In this document: positions 13,275-29,100 of the stretch, one piece after another
How positions within the stretch are numbered: the stretch's first letter is position 1
How the letters are laid out: the number at the start of each line of letters is the position of its first letter
Assembly: GCA_964016885.1 (NCBI GenBank)
Contig: OZ024743.1
Location: 182,590,001-182,654,000, forward strand
Source of the DNA: Eledone cirrhosa
Taxonomy: Eukaryota
Direction of reading: 5' to 3'
DNA: 64,000 nt
Notes under the pieces: generated by a model
What the model was told of the DNA's origin: nothing
The model's database searches: none
The model's input: the letters and a program-made list of their open reading frames with translations, nothing else
Translations under genes and position numbers: made by a program

Positions 13275-15509
13275 TATAAAAAGAGTACAAAACCAAGTTT
13301 TTAGTTTAATAATTCGTTCATTACAAAATTTTTTGTGAAAAATCTATCTACAACTAACATACCTTGTCTGCTTGTTTCCTTGAAAAGAATTGTTTTCCTT
13401 CCTTTTCGTATGAATTAAGGCCACATAATGCTAGCTCTGACTAAATATGGGAGTTGGCAAGTAAATACAACTTTTTCAAAGCTCTGCCGTTGCGATTTGT
13501 TTGTGGTCATGGCAAAAGCTAGTATCACAGAGAACTGCATCTGCTCATATAGAAGAGATCTGTTTCACTTGGACACAGGTCAACTCCTGGTGTGAAAGCT
13601 TCATTTCCTTTTTTACTGCCAGAAATGATTTTTGCAAGAATATAAAATTCATTAGAAGATAAAACCAAAAATCGAGTACCATTCAGCAAGCCATTAGCAG
13701 GATCCAAATTTCTCAGCAAAATCACAATGGAATTGTACAGGGGCATGCCTGATGGCATCAGAAAATTCAAAAACTCTTCCAGATAATTCATGATATTCTC
13801 CTCACTTTCATCAACCAACACAACACTTTGATATATCTGTAAGTCTCCATCTAAAAGTGATAATATCTTGATATTCAGTTTAATTGAATCTTTGATTTTT
13901 TTTTTGTGTTAAAATAATTTTTGTTGAAATTTCATATCACCGATACTACAGAAAGGTCGTTGCCAAATATGTCTCATCAAATTTCCAGATGAAATCATGG
14001 TTTCGGGTATTTCTATTAGATCATCTAAGCCCACATCATTAGTGACTGTTACATTTACTGTGCTAAGAAGCTATTGAATTTTTCTTGTCCATTTATTCGC
14101 ATATTCTCAGTTAAAGAAAAAATTGTCACATCTATCCACAGTGAAGAATATTTAATAGAAAATTCAATTATAGCAACATTCAACCCTCTCGGAATAACCG
14201 GCGCAGTTTGCCTAAAGTCCCAAGAAGGAGAACTTTACCACCAAAAGGCAGTTCATTATTTTTTTTTTTTAGCAGTACATCAATGCACCTCAATGCATTG
14301 ATGCATCATCAATTATTAGGTCAGCTAATTTTAATTTTTCAGAGCGCTGTGATGGAATCTTCATTAGTGATGTAGAATTTTCCAAGATAGGGACTGGGAG
14401 CTTAAAGCCACTGTGTACAGTTCTTCCTTAGTGCAATAGATCAGCCGCAATACCTGTTGTAACAAATGAGAGAACATGCTTTCCTTCACAACTCAAATGC
14501 GATATCAAGGTATTGTAGAGGTACGTTTTTCCTGTACCACCAGGGCCATCTAAGAAGAAAAATCTGCTGGGTCGGTGTTCTTCATCAAACACACGATGCT
14601 GCTAATTGTTTATCAGAGATAATTTGTGCTTCCACTCCAGGGTAATTCTGGTTTTGTTCTACATTCTGGCCATGTTATTTCAATTTCTCGTAAAGCCAGT
14701 TGTACTGAGATTTTTCTAGTGTGATGTCTAAGGAAGTCTTTAGTCAAACTTTCTTCAAACTTGTTGAACTGTAAGTCAGGATTGACTGGATTATTGCTGG
14801 ATTATTGAAAATGCAAATGAGTGCAAACAGCTGCCGAAGCTGCTTTGGCATGTTTGTCGAAGAAGCCTCTTCTAAGCATCTTCACTTATTGTCATTTTGA
14901 ACCAACTGCCAGTGCTCTGATGCTTTATAGCTGCCGCATATGACCTCATCCACAGTTTTCAGTTCCTCGAAACTGAGCTCCTTTAACGTGCAACAACAAA
15001 AGTTTCATGTAAAATCTTTCTTGATACTTGGGGTTGACAGAATACATTCAACTTATGATTTTGTCAGCTCCACATAATGATAAGGAATGTCTGCCTATAG
15101 ATATTGTCTTGCATTTTCATCATTTTTGTTGAGCAAGAACCATGTTAGAGGAGTGTTGTGTAGCTCTTTCTGGCTCAAAATAGATGGGCTGTTCCTGCAG
15201 GAGATGAACAGGAAGGCGAATAATTGCATGGGATTTGTCATGCATTTTGAATTCAAACAATCTCCACATTCCTACAGGAGCACTCACATGAATTTATGAC
15301 ATTGCTGTCAGTTGCTTCGCTGATGCCTACGGTTATGGAATCATAGCCTTTGATATGTATTTACACACATATTTCACAGGGCAGATAAAGGTGCAAATTT
15401 CTACATTGACGTGGCAGTTGTATTTGTGACTTGGATATTTGTTATAAGGTACAACATATCAGTTGTCCACTACTTTCTGACCAACATTTAACGTTGAACC
15501 ACAAGTGCC

Positions 15510-15556
15510 TCTCTCTACACTATATACACACATATAGATGGTTGTGTGATTGTATG

Positions 15557-15588
<32 letters not shown>

Positions 15589-16240
15589 TAGATGGTTGTG
15601 TGTATGTAAGTATATGTATGTGTGTGTATATATCGATATGAAAAGATTCAGGACCCCGGTGGCTGAGCTCCAGCCCTTTTGACAGCTAGATCATATTACC
15701 TACTTTACTACCCCAAGTATCGAGTACTCTGGTGGGTTATGGTCCACCTGGTTTTTTACCACACCTTATCTGATTATATATATATAGAAATGGCTTTTAC
15801 AGGGCTACAACTGTTTCATTCGAAGAAAATCATCAGGAAAGCCCAACAGTTCTAGTCCTGTAGAAGCCGTTTCTATCTTAAACATTATATACTCTACTAA
15901 TGTATTGTGTACCTTACTGTGGTTACCCCCACTTGAACCCAGGATACACACACATATATATATATGGTTAGTTAGTCTTCAACCTTTTTGTATTTGTCCT
16001 TGTGGTATAAGTATGGCCACTGCATTCTGTCATTTTTCTTGGTGTCCCACATTTTAACCTTTGTGTTTTACTCTGGACAATAATGTTTAGCTTATCAATC
16101 CAGTGAGTGCTTTGTGATTGCCTCAACTCGAGTAGTACCTGCTATATGGCAGCTACAACTTCAATTTATACCTAATATTATATATAACAGTTTATTTAAC
16201 AATGATAACAAAGGCAAGTTATTTTACATATTCATTTCAT
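15510..16240. mobile_element. Insertion within the Helitron ORF: microsatellites plus a Penelope-like LTR remnant
   Basis: Interrupts Rep coding remnants. The minus strand has CTGATGA...GAAACAGTTGTA (~15806-15836), a degenerate hammerhead-type signature typical of PLE LTRs. Confidence 0.45.
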
Positions 16241-19200
16241 TGTTTTACGTCTTCTGTAGGATGAATAACTATCTTGGTTTTTAAAGGTTTCCTTTTGAGC
16301 AGTTGTTATTTTCCATGCATGGCACATTAGGGTTTTGCTCATTACAAGGACCATGAATCATAAATTTCTTAATTTCATAGAGTACTGGTTTTGTATCTGG
16401 GTCAGGAATTTTAGCACACAATTTTGTCAATTCTTTCAGTTGTGTTTGGTTTATCTTCTAGATGAAATAATAATAAATGAGCGTTGGGCAATCCTCTCTT
16501 CTGAAATTCTATGGTGTAACAATGTGCAACAACTCGGCCAATCACATGTCTTTTTGTTACATCAATTATTAGTTCCTGCAACTTAATATTGAACACCCGA
16601 GCCACTAAAACTGGTGCACTGGAGGCTGTTTGACCTGGAAAAGGGTTGTTTTGTATCTCGGGCCAATTAGGGTTGCATGTCATTATAAAAAATATATCAG
16701 GTGGACCAAATTTTCTCAATTGCTAATGTTAATCTTGGTATCACTCATATTTCTTGCTGATCCTTGGAATGATGATAGAAGAATGAGTGTCCGCCTAATT
16801 CGAGCATCTTCAGTATTTGCTGCATTGGCTAAATGATCAGAAAGTTCTTGATATTGTTCCACTATCAGATTGTTTTGTTGTGTTCGTATGTAATTTAAAT
16901 TGTTAGCTTCAACTTGTGAGAATCTACAAGCCACTGCTGAAAAAGTTTTCCTCCATGTAAAAGGGGATCGAATTCATTATCCCTTACAGCAGTTAAAGAA
17001 ATTTTATGTTGAAGCATAAATGTTTTGTCGTTGCTGGCCATCATGATTTCCAGTCATATTTGGTTGCCATCCTGGGTTACCGTGTGGGGAAAAACAATAT
17101 GTACATCATTGGATCAAGATTTGGGCTCAAGATGAGATTTATAGTAGGACCCCAAGAGTTCCTTAGATATACTATAAAATCTATACGAAATGGTGATTTG
17201 CCTTCTTCGTTTCTGAATACAATAGCAATTTCATTGACTGTTGGCAAATTGTATCTCCTCCTGTTGGTATTATGATCTCTGTTGAATACTAAGTCGACGC
17301 TTGACATATTAATGTTTTCTCGAGTACGCTGTTCTTCTGGTACTTGAATTTCACAAAGTGTTAGAAAAGACTGATCATACACATTATCTCTACGAATAAT
17401 ATTATCCAAATTTTCATGCGCTTCTTGGAGGCAGCCTGAATTGGCGTGATTCTGAGCTCTTGTTTCTGTTGCTAGGGTACTGTCTACAACAAAGCTGAGC
17501 ATATTGTCTTTGTTTGCCTTCATTTGAATGAATATGTGAAAATCTGTGGTAAATTTGTCGATGCATGCAGAAACAAAATGGGATTTTTCCTGGTGGATTC
17601 TGCACTTCAGCACCAATTGAAGCGAATGATAGGGATGAATTATATGACAATGTTTTCTTTGAAATTCCTATAATGTGGATGATTTTGATCAGATAACATT
17701 GAAACTGGTGGAAATTCTCTTCTGATAGGACATAAAATTTTGCCTTTGTGGCAACAATTATTAAAACGTCCATTCTGATAGTTTCTCTGCAGAAAAATCT
17801 TTTCCTGAGCGAAACTGACAATTGGAGTCCATATTTCCAGTTATGAATGTGAACTCTGTTTTTTTTAATATGTCATTATTATGTATAAAACCTGCATCAT
17901 CTACACGTGCAGCTCTCATTGCATTGCCGTCTTTGAATAGTCTCCTCTGTTTCGTTTGCAAAACTCTTTCTAATATTCTCTCCTTGCATCAGTTTCATTT
18001 TCATGGCAACGTGCTTGTCAAATTATGTCATGGTTTCTGATGGCAGCAGATCTTTCAGCTCAGAAGCTTGCTCTTCTATTCCTCTGTCTTTCTCTCGCTA
18101 AATGATGTTCCCTTTCAATTGTGCACTCCATTACTGAAACCAACCTAAACTTGTACGACTTAAAGCCACAAAAAGCAGGCTGTGATTTATAGTTGATGTA
18201 AAAACTCCCTATTCAAAATTTATTATACATTTCTTAATATAAATAAATTCGGCACATGTATGAAGTTTTAAATTAAGGGTAGATGTGTATTTGTAATATA
18301 CCTTTCAACTGCAGTCGTTTCATATTCTTGATACACTCAGACAATTATTTTCTCTAGTGAGTTTGTACATGTTTGTGTAGAGGTGTGTGATTGTAATAAT
18401 TATTTTTAATAAAACAGAATATGGATGGTAATTCAAGTTAATACACTTCTCAATATTATCTAATGATTGCATTTTGAGATGTGACATCGATCATCGTATT
18501 TGAATGCATTTGATTTTAGTTACTGAAAGAATGCAGACTAAAATAATTATTACATACACACACATCTACATATACAGACTCATTAGAAAAAATAATTATT
18601 ACATACACACACGCATGTGAGTATGTGTGTGCATATGTATACATTTATATGTATGAGTAACACAGGTGTAGTGAACACTGTTTTCTATACTTTGTCACAG
18701 CCCCCTTCCTTCCAACTCATCACATAGATGTGTGTGTATGTAATAATTTTTAAAGTGTGTCTGATTATATATGTGTGTAAATGCGCATGTAATTCTATTG
18801 TCTATATCTTTAAAATAAACATACACAAATATTATACACTCAATCAAATATTATATATAAATATATTTAACACAAACATTTCACAATCATAACAACCAAT
18901 GTGTGTAACCAATTCGCTATACATACACACACACACACACACAGATGTTTTCTGGAGTTTGGTCTCATCACCCCTTCTTTCGTAGGTCATCTCTTGTGAG
19001 GACAAAACAAGGTTATTATATATTAGTAGATTTCTACACATAAAATGTGTATGTGTGTGTGAGTATACAAGCTTGCCATGTATATAAACAAACTCTTCGC
19101 TGAGAGAATGAGTATATATATAATTACATATTCTTATATATACAAACATATTGAATATATTTACATTTGAATTAATATCGTTATTATATATATTTGTGTG

Positions 19201-20674
19201 TATAAATATAAACCCACAAATTCACATGCATGCACACATACAGACATACACTCACGCAGAGCATGGAAAAGTTTGGAAGTCTGTTTTTGCCAGAGTTTTT
19301 TCACCATCCTCCCTTTTACACACACATATACTCACACAGAGCTTTGTGCAAAAGTTGAAACGCTGTTTGATTTGATTTTTCGCCGTAGAATTTTCATCCC
19401 ACTTCCATGTGGACTGACACACGGACAGACGACATTTGACTTTTATTTATTTAGATATATATATATATATATAAACATTCAGACATCATTTCTATGTCCA
19501 CATTTCCATATGTAAATAATTAAGACAAGTCCTCTCCACAATAACATCTCTTCATTTGTTTCTTTTCTCAACTCCTTTCTATGTGTGTGTATAAATATAT
19601 ATATAAATATTGTGTGGGAACTGCAATGCTGCATGGGAGTGAAATTTGGGCCTTGAAAGCAGATGATTGGAGAAAAATAAAGCAAGTATGCTCTGATGGA
19701 TATGTAGCAGCAGTCTACAAAAACAACAAAACATTAGCTAAGAACAAAGCTGAGCATAAGATTAGATGTAGTATCCAAGAGAGTCGACTGTGCTTATAAT
19801 GACATGTGATACATATGGAGGATGACAGTTATTTGATATGCCTGGTCCCAGAACATAACATATCTTCCATACACAACACACGACCATATCAAAGCCTTCT
19901 GTAAAAACAGAAGCTTGCTCTTAGCTAAATATTTCATCAGTTGTTTCACAAAGGAGAAGACACCACTGGGACATCTACTTGGCATAAAGCCAAACTAGAT
20001 CTCATCTAGCTAAATTCTATCCCAAATCATTAATTCTAGCACTGTAATCATTTCAGTAACTTTCTTGACCCAGTCCTTCAACATGATCCCTCCATAGTTA
20101 CCTCTCTCAAGTGAGCCACCTTTGTAGCAGTTAAAGATGATACAGCTATGCCACCATCCAGTAATACATCATTAATTATGTGCCTTGACTAGTTCATGAT
20201 CTACCATGTGGGATGTATTTAACATCAAGCATCTTAGCAACTATACCAGGTGGTTGAACTGCCTTCCCATCCATCATATCTTTGGTCTTTCATACTGCTG
20301 TCAGCTTACATGGCTGCTCTCTCAGACAGGACTGCTTTGTGTGTGTGTGTGTGTGGGGGCTCACTCACCCATTTATTTGCTTCATTCAGTAATCTCATGT
20401 TATATAACTTCCATGCCTCTTTCATTTCAACATCACTCATTCACCATGAAAGAAGGACTTGATATTTACATCATCAGAAAATGAGTATAAAGTCTATGCA
20501 GAAATATACTATGGTGAGTCTTAAATATTAGCGTCCTTAAAATAGTTAAACACTAACAAAATAACCTTCCAATAAATGTGATCAAAATCAGACTTTTTTT
20601 TATATAGGCATAATTACATCTTCAAGATGTTTCACATTCATTCACCTCTGTGAATATAGCCTTGGTTAGTTTTT

Positions 20675-21062
20675 GATGTGATCAGATGGTATCCAGCATT
20701 CATTGGATGTTTCGACCCTCAACCGTAACAGCCACTCACTGGTGGGTCAGCAGCGGTGCCCATCTTTGACTCCTGGTTTCCAGCTTATCTCCTCTCTCCT
20801 GCTCCAAAGCCAACAAAAGGCCCTTTCTGCAGCTTTCTCTCTTCCTGTCATTCCAATGGCAGTGAGCATTCTCCATACTGAGTGAGCCAGGAATCTCCTG
20901 CAGCCCACCTCGACTAGAAATAGCCATGCTTCTGCCAACCTTTCTCCCTACACGCCTGCACAAGCGCTGGATATTTGGCACTCTTTCACACAAAGGTGTT
21001 GCCGCACTCTTCTTCCCACAAAACTGAGTTCAATCAGGATTATCTTTTTTATCCCTTCATGC
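20675..21062 (-). mobile_element. 3' fragment of an RLE-type non-LTR retrotransposon (HERO/NeSL-like)
   Basis: Frameshifted C-terminal restriction-like endonuclease motifs: KKIILIEL...AWLFLVEVGCRRF...VWRMLTAIG...AAERAFCWLW. 5'-truncated at a (TA)n tract. Confidence 0.7.
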
Positions 21063-21068
21063 TTTATG

Positions 21069-21138
<70 letters not shown>

Positions 21139-21587
21139 TTGGACTTCTGCAAACATACAAGCATTTGTCTATGACATAACTCACTCACAAATTGTGTTAA
21201 CATCTGATGTCATACCTGTGCCAGTTGCTGTTGTAATGATTGCTTCACACAAGTGTATGTGTATTTCATTGACACCTGTGTCAATGAAATACATATAATG
21301 CAATAAATACATTTAGGTTACATCTATCTCAATGTTTATCTTATACATATATAAGTCAATAATTGCATTTGTATTGAAATTACCCTTGCAAACAAAATAT
21401 AATCATCTCTATATATAAAACAATATCCGAGTGTCCTGTATCAACTCTTGGGTGACAGTGTCTTGCTCATAAAGAACTGTTTCTGGCTTGATTTCTACAG
21501 CTGGATGTCCTTCCTAATGGCCAACCACATTTACAGCATGGACTATAGATATATACATTTGTGTGTGAATAATGATATATATATTAT

Positions 21588-22228
21588 CACTCTTGCTTCA
21601 AGTGGGAAAACCCCCGTCCAAACCCATGCAAGCGTGGAACACGGACGTTAAACGATGATGATGATGACGACGACGACGACGACGCTTCCGTAGGCGGTAT
21701 GCCAAAATTAGCACTCAATATTCATCAGAGTAGAGTGTAGATATTATCAAGAAAACGAAAAATCAGTGATGCATCTGGACTTAGTTTATTTTGTGTTACA
21801 AATGTTTCGCCGGCATGTAGCTCAAGTCATCGTCCTTGTATGGATCTGGCTGATTTTACATCTGCGGGTTCTTTCAGACACATGTCCGGAGCAAATTTTA
21901 TCACTTTATCACAAAATTTGCTCCGGACGTAACAGACGTGTCTGAAAGAACCCGCAGAAGTAGAATCAGCCAGATCCATACAAGGACCATGACTCGAGCT
22001 ACATGACGGCGAAATATTTGTAACACGAAATAAACTAAGTCCAGATGCATCACTGATTTTTCGTTTTCTTGATAATATCTACACTCTACTCTGATGAATA
22101 TTGAGTGCTAATTTTGGCATACCGCCTACGGAAGCGTCGTCGTCATCATCATCATCATCATCGTTTAACGTCCGTGTTCCACGCTTGCATGGGTTTGGAC
22201 GGGGGTTTTCCCACTTGAAGCAAGAGTG
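21588..22228. repeat. ~640-bp palindrome (arms ~312 bp, 13-nt loop at 21900-21912)
   Basis: The left arm is the reverse complement of the right arm, with a few substitutions and small indels. Confidence 0.95.
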
Positions 22229-22885
22229 GTTGTCTTGCTCGCATAGGACTGTCTGGCAGGTTTTCTACAGTTGGATGCCCTTCCTAACACCAACCACATT
22301 TACAGTGTGGGTCTGGGAGGTTTTTACCGTGTTGCCTACACGGCCACATTACAGCGTGGACTGTGTGTTTTTTTGTCGTGACACCTACACGATCTCATTT
22401 GTTTCGGCCTGGATGGTGTGGCACCAACATAACTTTACATAGAAGGGGGCGGTGTGGATGGGGTGGGGTGGGTGGGACGGGGGTGTATTTTGTTAGAGAT
22501 GCCTACTGACTGTAGTAGGTTTTACTTTGTATTTAGGTAAGGCGGGTCTTCTCTATTACTGAGTACTGCCAAAGGTCTCGGTCCAGTGACATTGTCTTGG
22601 TGAGGTGTAAGTGTGTGAGGTCGGAGTTTATCAGCTCGTCCCAGGTTTTTCTGGGTCTGCCTATTCCGTGGCTACCGTCTATCTTTATTGCCCTGCACTT
22701 TGTTATACAGCTATCGTCCTTCATGCGCATCACGTGACCATACCAACGTAGCCTTCTCTCGAGTAAACAACATCTGATCCCTCTTATTTCTAATTTTTTC
22801 CTTAGTTCGTTTATGCTTTGTCGTTCACGTATATTACTATTACACATCCAGCGGAGCATGCAAGCTTCGTTTCTCTCTAGTCTGC

Positions 22886-22886
<1 letters not shown>
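22140..22886 (-). mobile_element. 5'-truncated RTE LINE (3' end)
   Basis: ORF 22533-22859 reads MLRWMC...RRLRWYGHVMR...GRPRKTW, followed by a 3' UTR ending in (GAT)n. Closely similar to 32950-33700. Confidence 0.9.
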
Positions 22887-22940
<54 letters not shown>

Positions 22941-22943
<3 letters not shown>

Positions 22944-23244
22944 TCATCGTTTTACGTCCGTTCTTCCACGCTAGCATGGGTTAGACGGGTTGTCCTGTTG
23001 CGGGCAGTGTCCAGTCGGCTGACTTTGTCTTGCTCATACGGGAACTGATTCTGGCTTGATTTCTACAGCTGGATGCCCTTCCTAACACCAACCTCATTTA
23101 CATTGAGTGCTGGGTGCTTTTTTGCCGTGGCACCTCCACGACCACTTTGCAGTGGAATGATAGGGACCCCAGTCCCTATCATCTCATTTCTACAGCTGAG
23201 TAAACTGGAGCAATGTGAAATAAAGTGTCTTGCTCAAGGAAACA

Positions 23245-23245
<1 letters not shown>
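22941..23245 (-). mobile_element. 5'-truncated SINE, same family as 461-781
   Basis: Reverse complement of the CORE-like domain and RTE-type tail seen at 461-781. Confidence 0.8.
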
Positions 23246-23320
<75 letters not shown>

Positions 23321-23537
23321 TAAATCAGCATTTAATGTAAAACCGTGTTTGCTGTCAATTTTAATAAATAATTTGCTTCATGTGTAATTATTATTTTTAG
23401 TACAATAGGATTTTGTATACATGCTTTTTTGGAAAATTCTTTCAAAGAATGAAACAGCCTTTTGCATTGCTTATTATAATAAATTTTTTAACATCACCTA
23501 TGTTTTTAATTTTTCATATTGTTTTTGTAAAAAAAAA

Positions 23538-23568
<31 letters not shown>

Positions 23569-24159
23569 GGTAGCATGTTTTTGTATCTTTTGATTGAGTG
23601 TGTGTGCGCTGAACAGAATATATCATGCAGCATTGTCACGTGTGTGTGCGTGTGCATATATTGAATGTAATTGCAGTCTGGGCACAGACAATATGCATAT
23701 TTTCAATTTAAAAAAACCCATTCAAGTAGTGATGTGTGTCCAGAGTTTAGGGGACACTGTATAATTAAACAAAATACCAGACAAATCTCCACTCTACATT
23801 CACCTAGACCTAGCCAATGAGTAATATGTTTGATATATATTTAGTCTAGGAGTGAGTGGCTGGGTGGGTGCAGGAAATGCATAAAAGTAAATTTGGTTAT
23901 CAACCAGTCAAACACAGCAAATCATGTCAACTGATTTTAGGTTAGTTAGCTCTTACGTTTTACTCAGTTTATCACCTAGCTTGACTGAGGTAATGTTAAA
24001 ACTACTAATAACACACAAACACCTGGACCACTCTGTAAAGTGATAGTGTTGAGCCAAACATGGAATGTATGAGCAAGATGTGGTCTCCTGACCAATCTAG
24101 CCTCAAACAACCTGTCTAACCCATGCAAGAATGGAAACTAAATATTAAATAGTGATAAT

Positions 24160-26158
<1,999 letters not shown>

Positions 26159-29100
26159 CTCTTTTACTCTTTTACTCTTTTACCTGTTTCAGCCATCCGG
26201 CTGAGGCCATGCTGGGGCACCGCCCTTGTTGCTACACATTTTATCTCCAGCCTGTATAGGTTGGCCACTGGTGTAGGAGGGAGTTTGTTGCTGCTGCCCT
26301 TAGGTTTCCCTCGTGTCTTGCTGTGGGCTCATCCGGGATCCTGGATAACAAGGTGTCGAGATGTTTCTTAAAGACATCCACCTCCACGTCATGCAAGTCT
26401 CGCAGATGCCTCGGCAGCCTGTTGAAGAGTTGAGGGCCCTTGAATCCCAGGCTATTGCAATACCTGCTCCTTATTCTAGATGTGGAAGACGGGACCTTTG
26501 GCACCACACAGTGACGTCCTGTTCGACGGTTGGTCCAGCTCCCAATGCCAAAGTTTGGTGCTAGTCCCTCCAGGATTTTCCACATGTAGATCACTGCGTA
26601 TCTCTCCCGTCTTCGCTCCAAGGAGTAGAGGTTCAGTTCCTTCAGCCTCTCCCAGTAGCTTGTCTCCCTCATCTTGGCAATCCTCTTGGTGTAGCTTCGC
26701 TGGATTGCCTCAAGCTCTGTGGTTAGTTTGACACTATGGGGTGACCACAGCTGGGAGCAGTAGTCCAGGCGGCTTAGGACAAAAGTCCTCCACAGTGTCA
26801 ACATGGTGTCTCGATCTCTTGTAAGGAAAGTCCTCAAGATCCAGCCAGCGAATCGTCTACATGCTGTCGCCACCTTCATGATGTGTGAAGAAAAAGATGC
26901 ATCATCGCTCATGTCTATGCCCAGGTCTCGTATCGATTTTGACACGGGGATATCGGTCCCTCCTGGTCCTGTGTAGCTGTGTTCCGCTATATTTGTGTTT
27001 GTATTTGCAGGTTTGTATTGTAGGGCTTGGAATTTGCCAGCATTAAACTGCATGTTGTTTTCTTCCGCCCATCTGTATATGGCATCCAGATCCTGCTGTA
27101 AGAGGGCAGCGTCAGCCGGGTTTTTGATTGCCTGTGCTACCTTAGTGTCATCAGCATAGCTAGTGAGGGATGTTGTTGCATGCACCACAGAGGGCATGTC
27201 CGAGAGAGCCACCAAAAACAGTAGTGGTCCCAGGACTGTCCCCTGAGGCACCCCACTTGTTATCGGTGTTTCCCTCGAGAGGGCCCCATTTGCTGCGACT
27301 GCCTGGCTTCTGTCCCTCAGGAAGCCATGCAGCCACTCACCTACTTTTCCAGCTATGCCGAGTCCGTGTAGTTTGTGACATATCATTCCGTGGTCGACCT
27401 TGTCAAAGGCCTTCGCAAAGTCAAGATATATCACGTCTACATGTGAGCTGTCTAGTAGCTGTCTCAGTACCCAGTCGTAGTGATGTAGCAGCTGTGTAAG
27501 GCAGCTTCTTCCTGGGCGGAAGCCATGTTGCGTGCTAGTCAGGCGGTCATTTTCTTCGAGGAAAGTGATTAGTTTCTTTCTGACGACTCGCTCCATGACC
27601 TTACTGATATGCGACGTCAGGGAGACTGGCCTATAGTTCTTGGCCTCCGCTCTACTACCTCCTTTATGGATAGGGCATATTGTGCCTTCTTTCAGCTCCC
27701 TGGGTAGTACACCGCTAGCCAAGGAGCTTCTGAAGAGCATCTTCAGTGGAGTTGCTAAGGCCCGCTTACATATTTTTAGGAGAACTGCTGGGAATCCATC
27801 AGGTCCAGCAGCCGAGTCTGTTCTAATTTCATCAATGGCGTACACCACATCCTCCTCCGTTATGTCTATGTGGTTGATGGTTGCCATTTCTTGATGTAGT
27901 GTTGTGGCATCAAAGAACTCCTCTGGCTTCGTTATTTGCATGTGCCTCAGTGGACATGTGAAGACACTTTTGTACTGTTCGTTCAGTATTTCACATATCT
28001 CTTGGGGATTTTCGGTTAATGAACCGTCCGTGTGGAAGAGTGGTCCAATCTTGCAGTGTACTGAGGCAGTTTCTTTTGCAAATTTAAAGAAGGCCTTAGG
28101 GTTTGTTTTAATGTTTTCTATGGCCCTGTTCTCTTTCCTTGCCCTCTCATTCTCATGTGAAAGCTTGAGTGCAATCTCGGTGTCAAGTAGTGCACGTTTC
28201 AAATAGGATTCCTTCTTGTTTTGGTTTTGTTGACTATTCAACTGGTTTGAGAGTTTAGTTCTACGTCTCATAAGGATTTTCCTATCTCTGGGAATAAGAT
28301 TTTTGTGTCTGTTTGCCTCTTTCTCCGGGACACACTTTTTGCATATGGTGTGTATCGTTGTCATGAAGTGTTGAAATTGTGTGTTAGTGTCTTGTGTGGC
28401 GATGTTTGCACTCCATGTTTGCTTCCGGATTTCACTCTTAATCTTCTTCCAGTCAGCCCCGTAGAAGTTAAGGCTGGATAGCGTCCCGGAGCTTCTTGGT
28501 GGTTTTGTCTCTGTTGGTTCTCTTGGACCACATATCATTAGCTCTACCAAGTTATGATCCGAGAGAATTGTTGGTGTCACCTTTACATTGTGGATGAGCA
28601 CTTCGTTGTTTGTAAAACAGAGGTCCAGGACATTTTCGCCTCTTGTTGGGAGGAGTATTGCTTGCTCCATGAACAGCCTGTGTGTGAGGGCCAGCAGGGA
28701 TTCCGTCTGTCTCTGTTCTATTGACGTCATTCCAGGGAGGAGGTGGCCCTCAGGCCATTTGACCTTTGGTAGGTTGAAGTCTCCCAGCAGTAGGATGTTG
28801 AGACCCTGGTCCAGTTTGTCAAGGACCTCTTCTATCCTACATAGGCTATCCTCAAATTTACCCTCATGACTGGGGGCATCGGGCGGCCGATATGTGGCAC
28901 ATATTACCGTCTGTAGTTGCTTCATATGTATTATCAGTGTGTCACAGACTGAGTTTGAATGTGTCAGCAGAACAATTGGTGTGACATCTTCACGGATATA
29001 CAGAGCAACCCCACCATGAGTTCTCTCCTTCCTGTCCGAACGAAATACAGTATATTTCGGTATATGTATTTCTGCATCTGCTATACTGCTTGTCAGGTGC

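Larger units (their letters stand above)
12018..19455 (-). mobile_element. Decayed autonomous Helitron (Rep/Helicase) containing later insertions
   Basis: Rep motifs FGPPDIFFIMTCNPNWPEI, ARVFNIKL and YTIEFQKRGLPNAH (16411-16719). PIF1-like helicase motifs FFLDGPGGTGKTY (~14520-14560), ILLRNLD...LLNGTR (13525-13821) and FAMTTNKSQ (~13500). 5' terminus a|TCTAAATAAATAAAAGTCAAATG at 19455. The 3' terminus is eroded, so the left coordinate is approximate. Confidence 0.85.

Noticed and set aside
15806-15845. Hammerhead-like cores here and at 32627-32675 and 37811-37839 as active ribozymes
   Set aside because: Core motifs are present, but stem I and/or stem II do not pair; treated as decayed PLE-LTR remnants.
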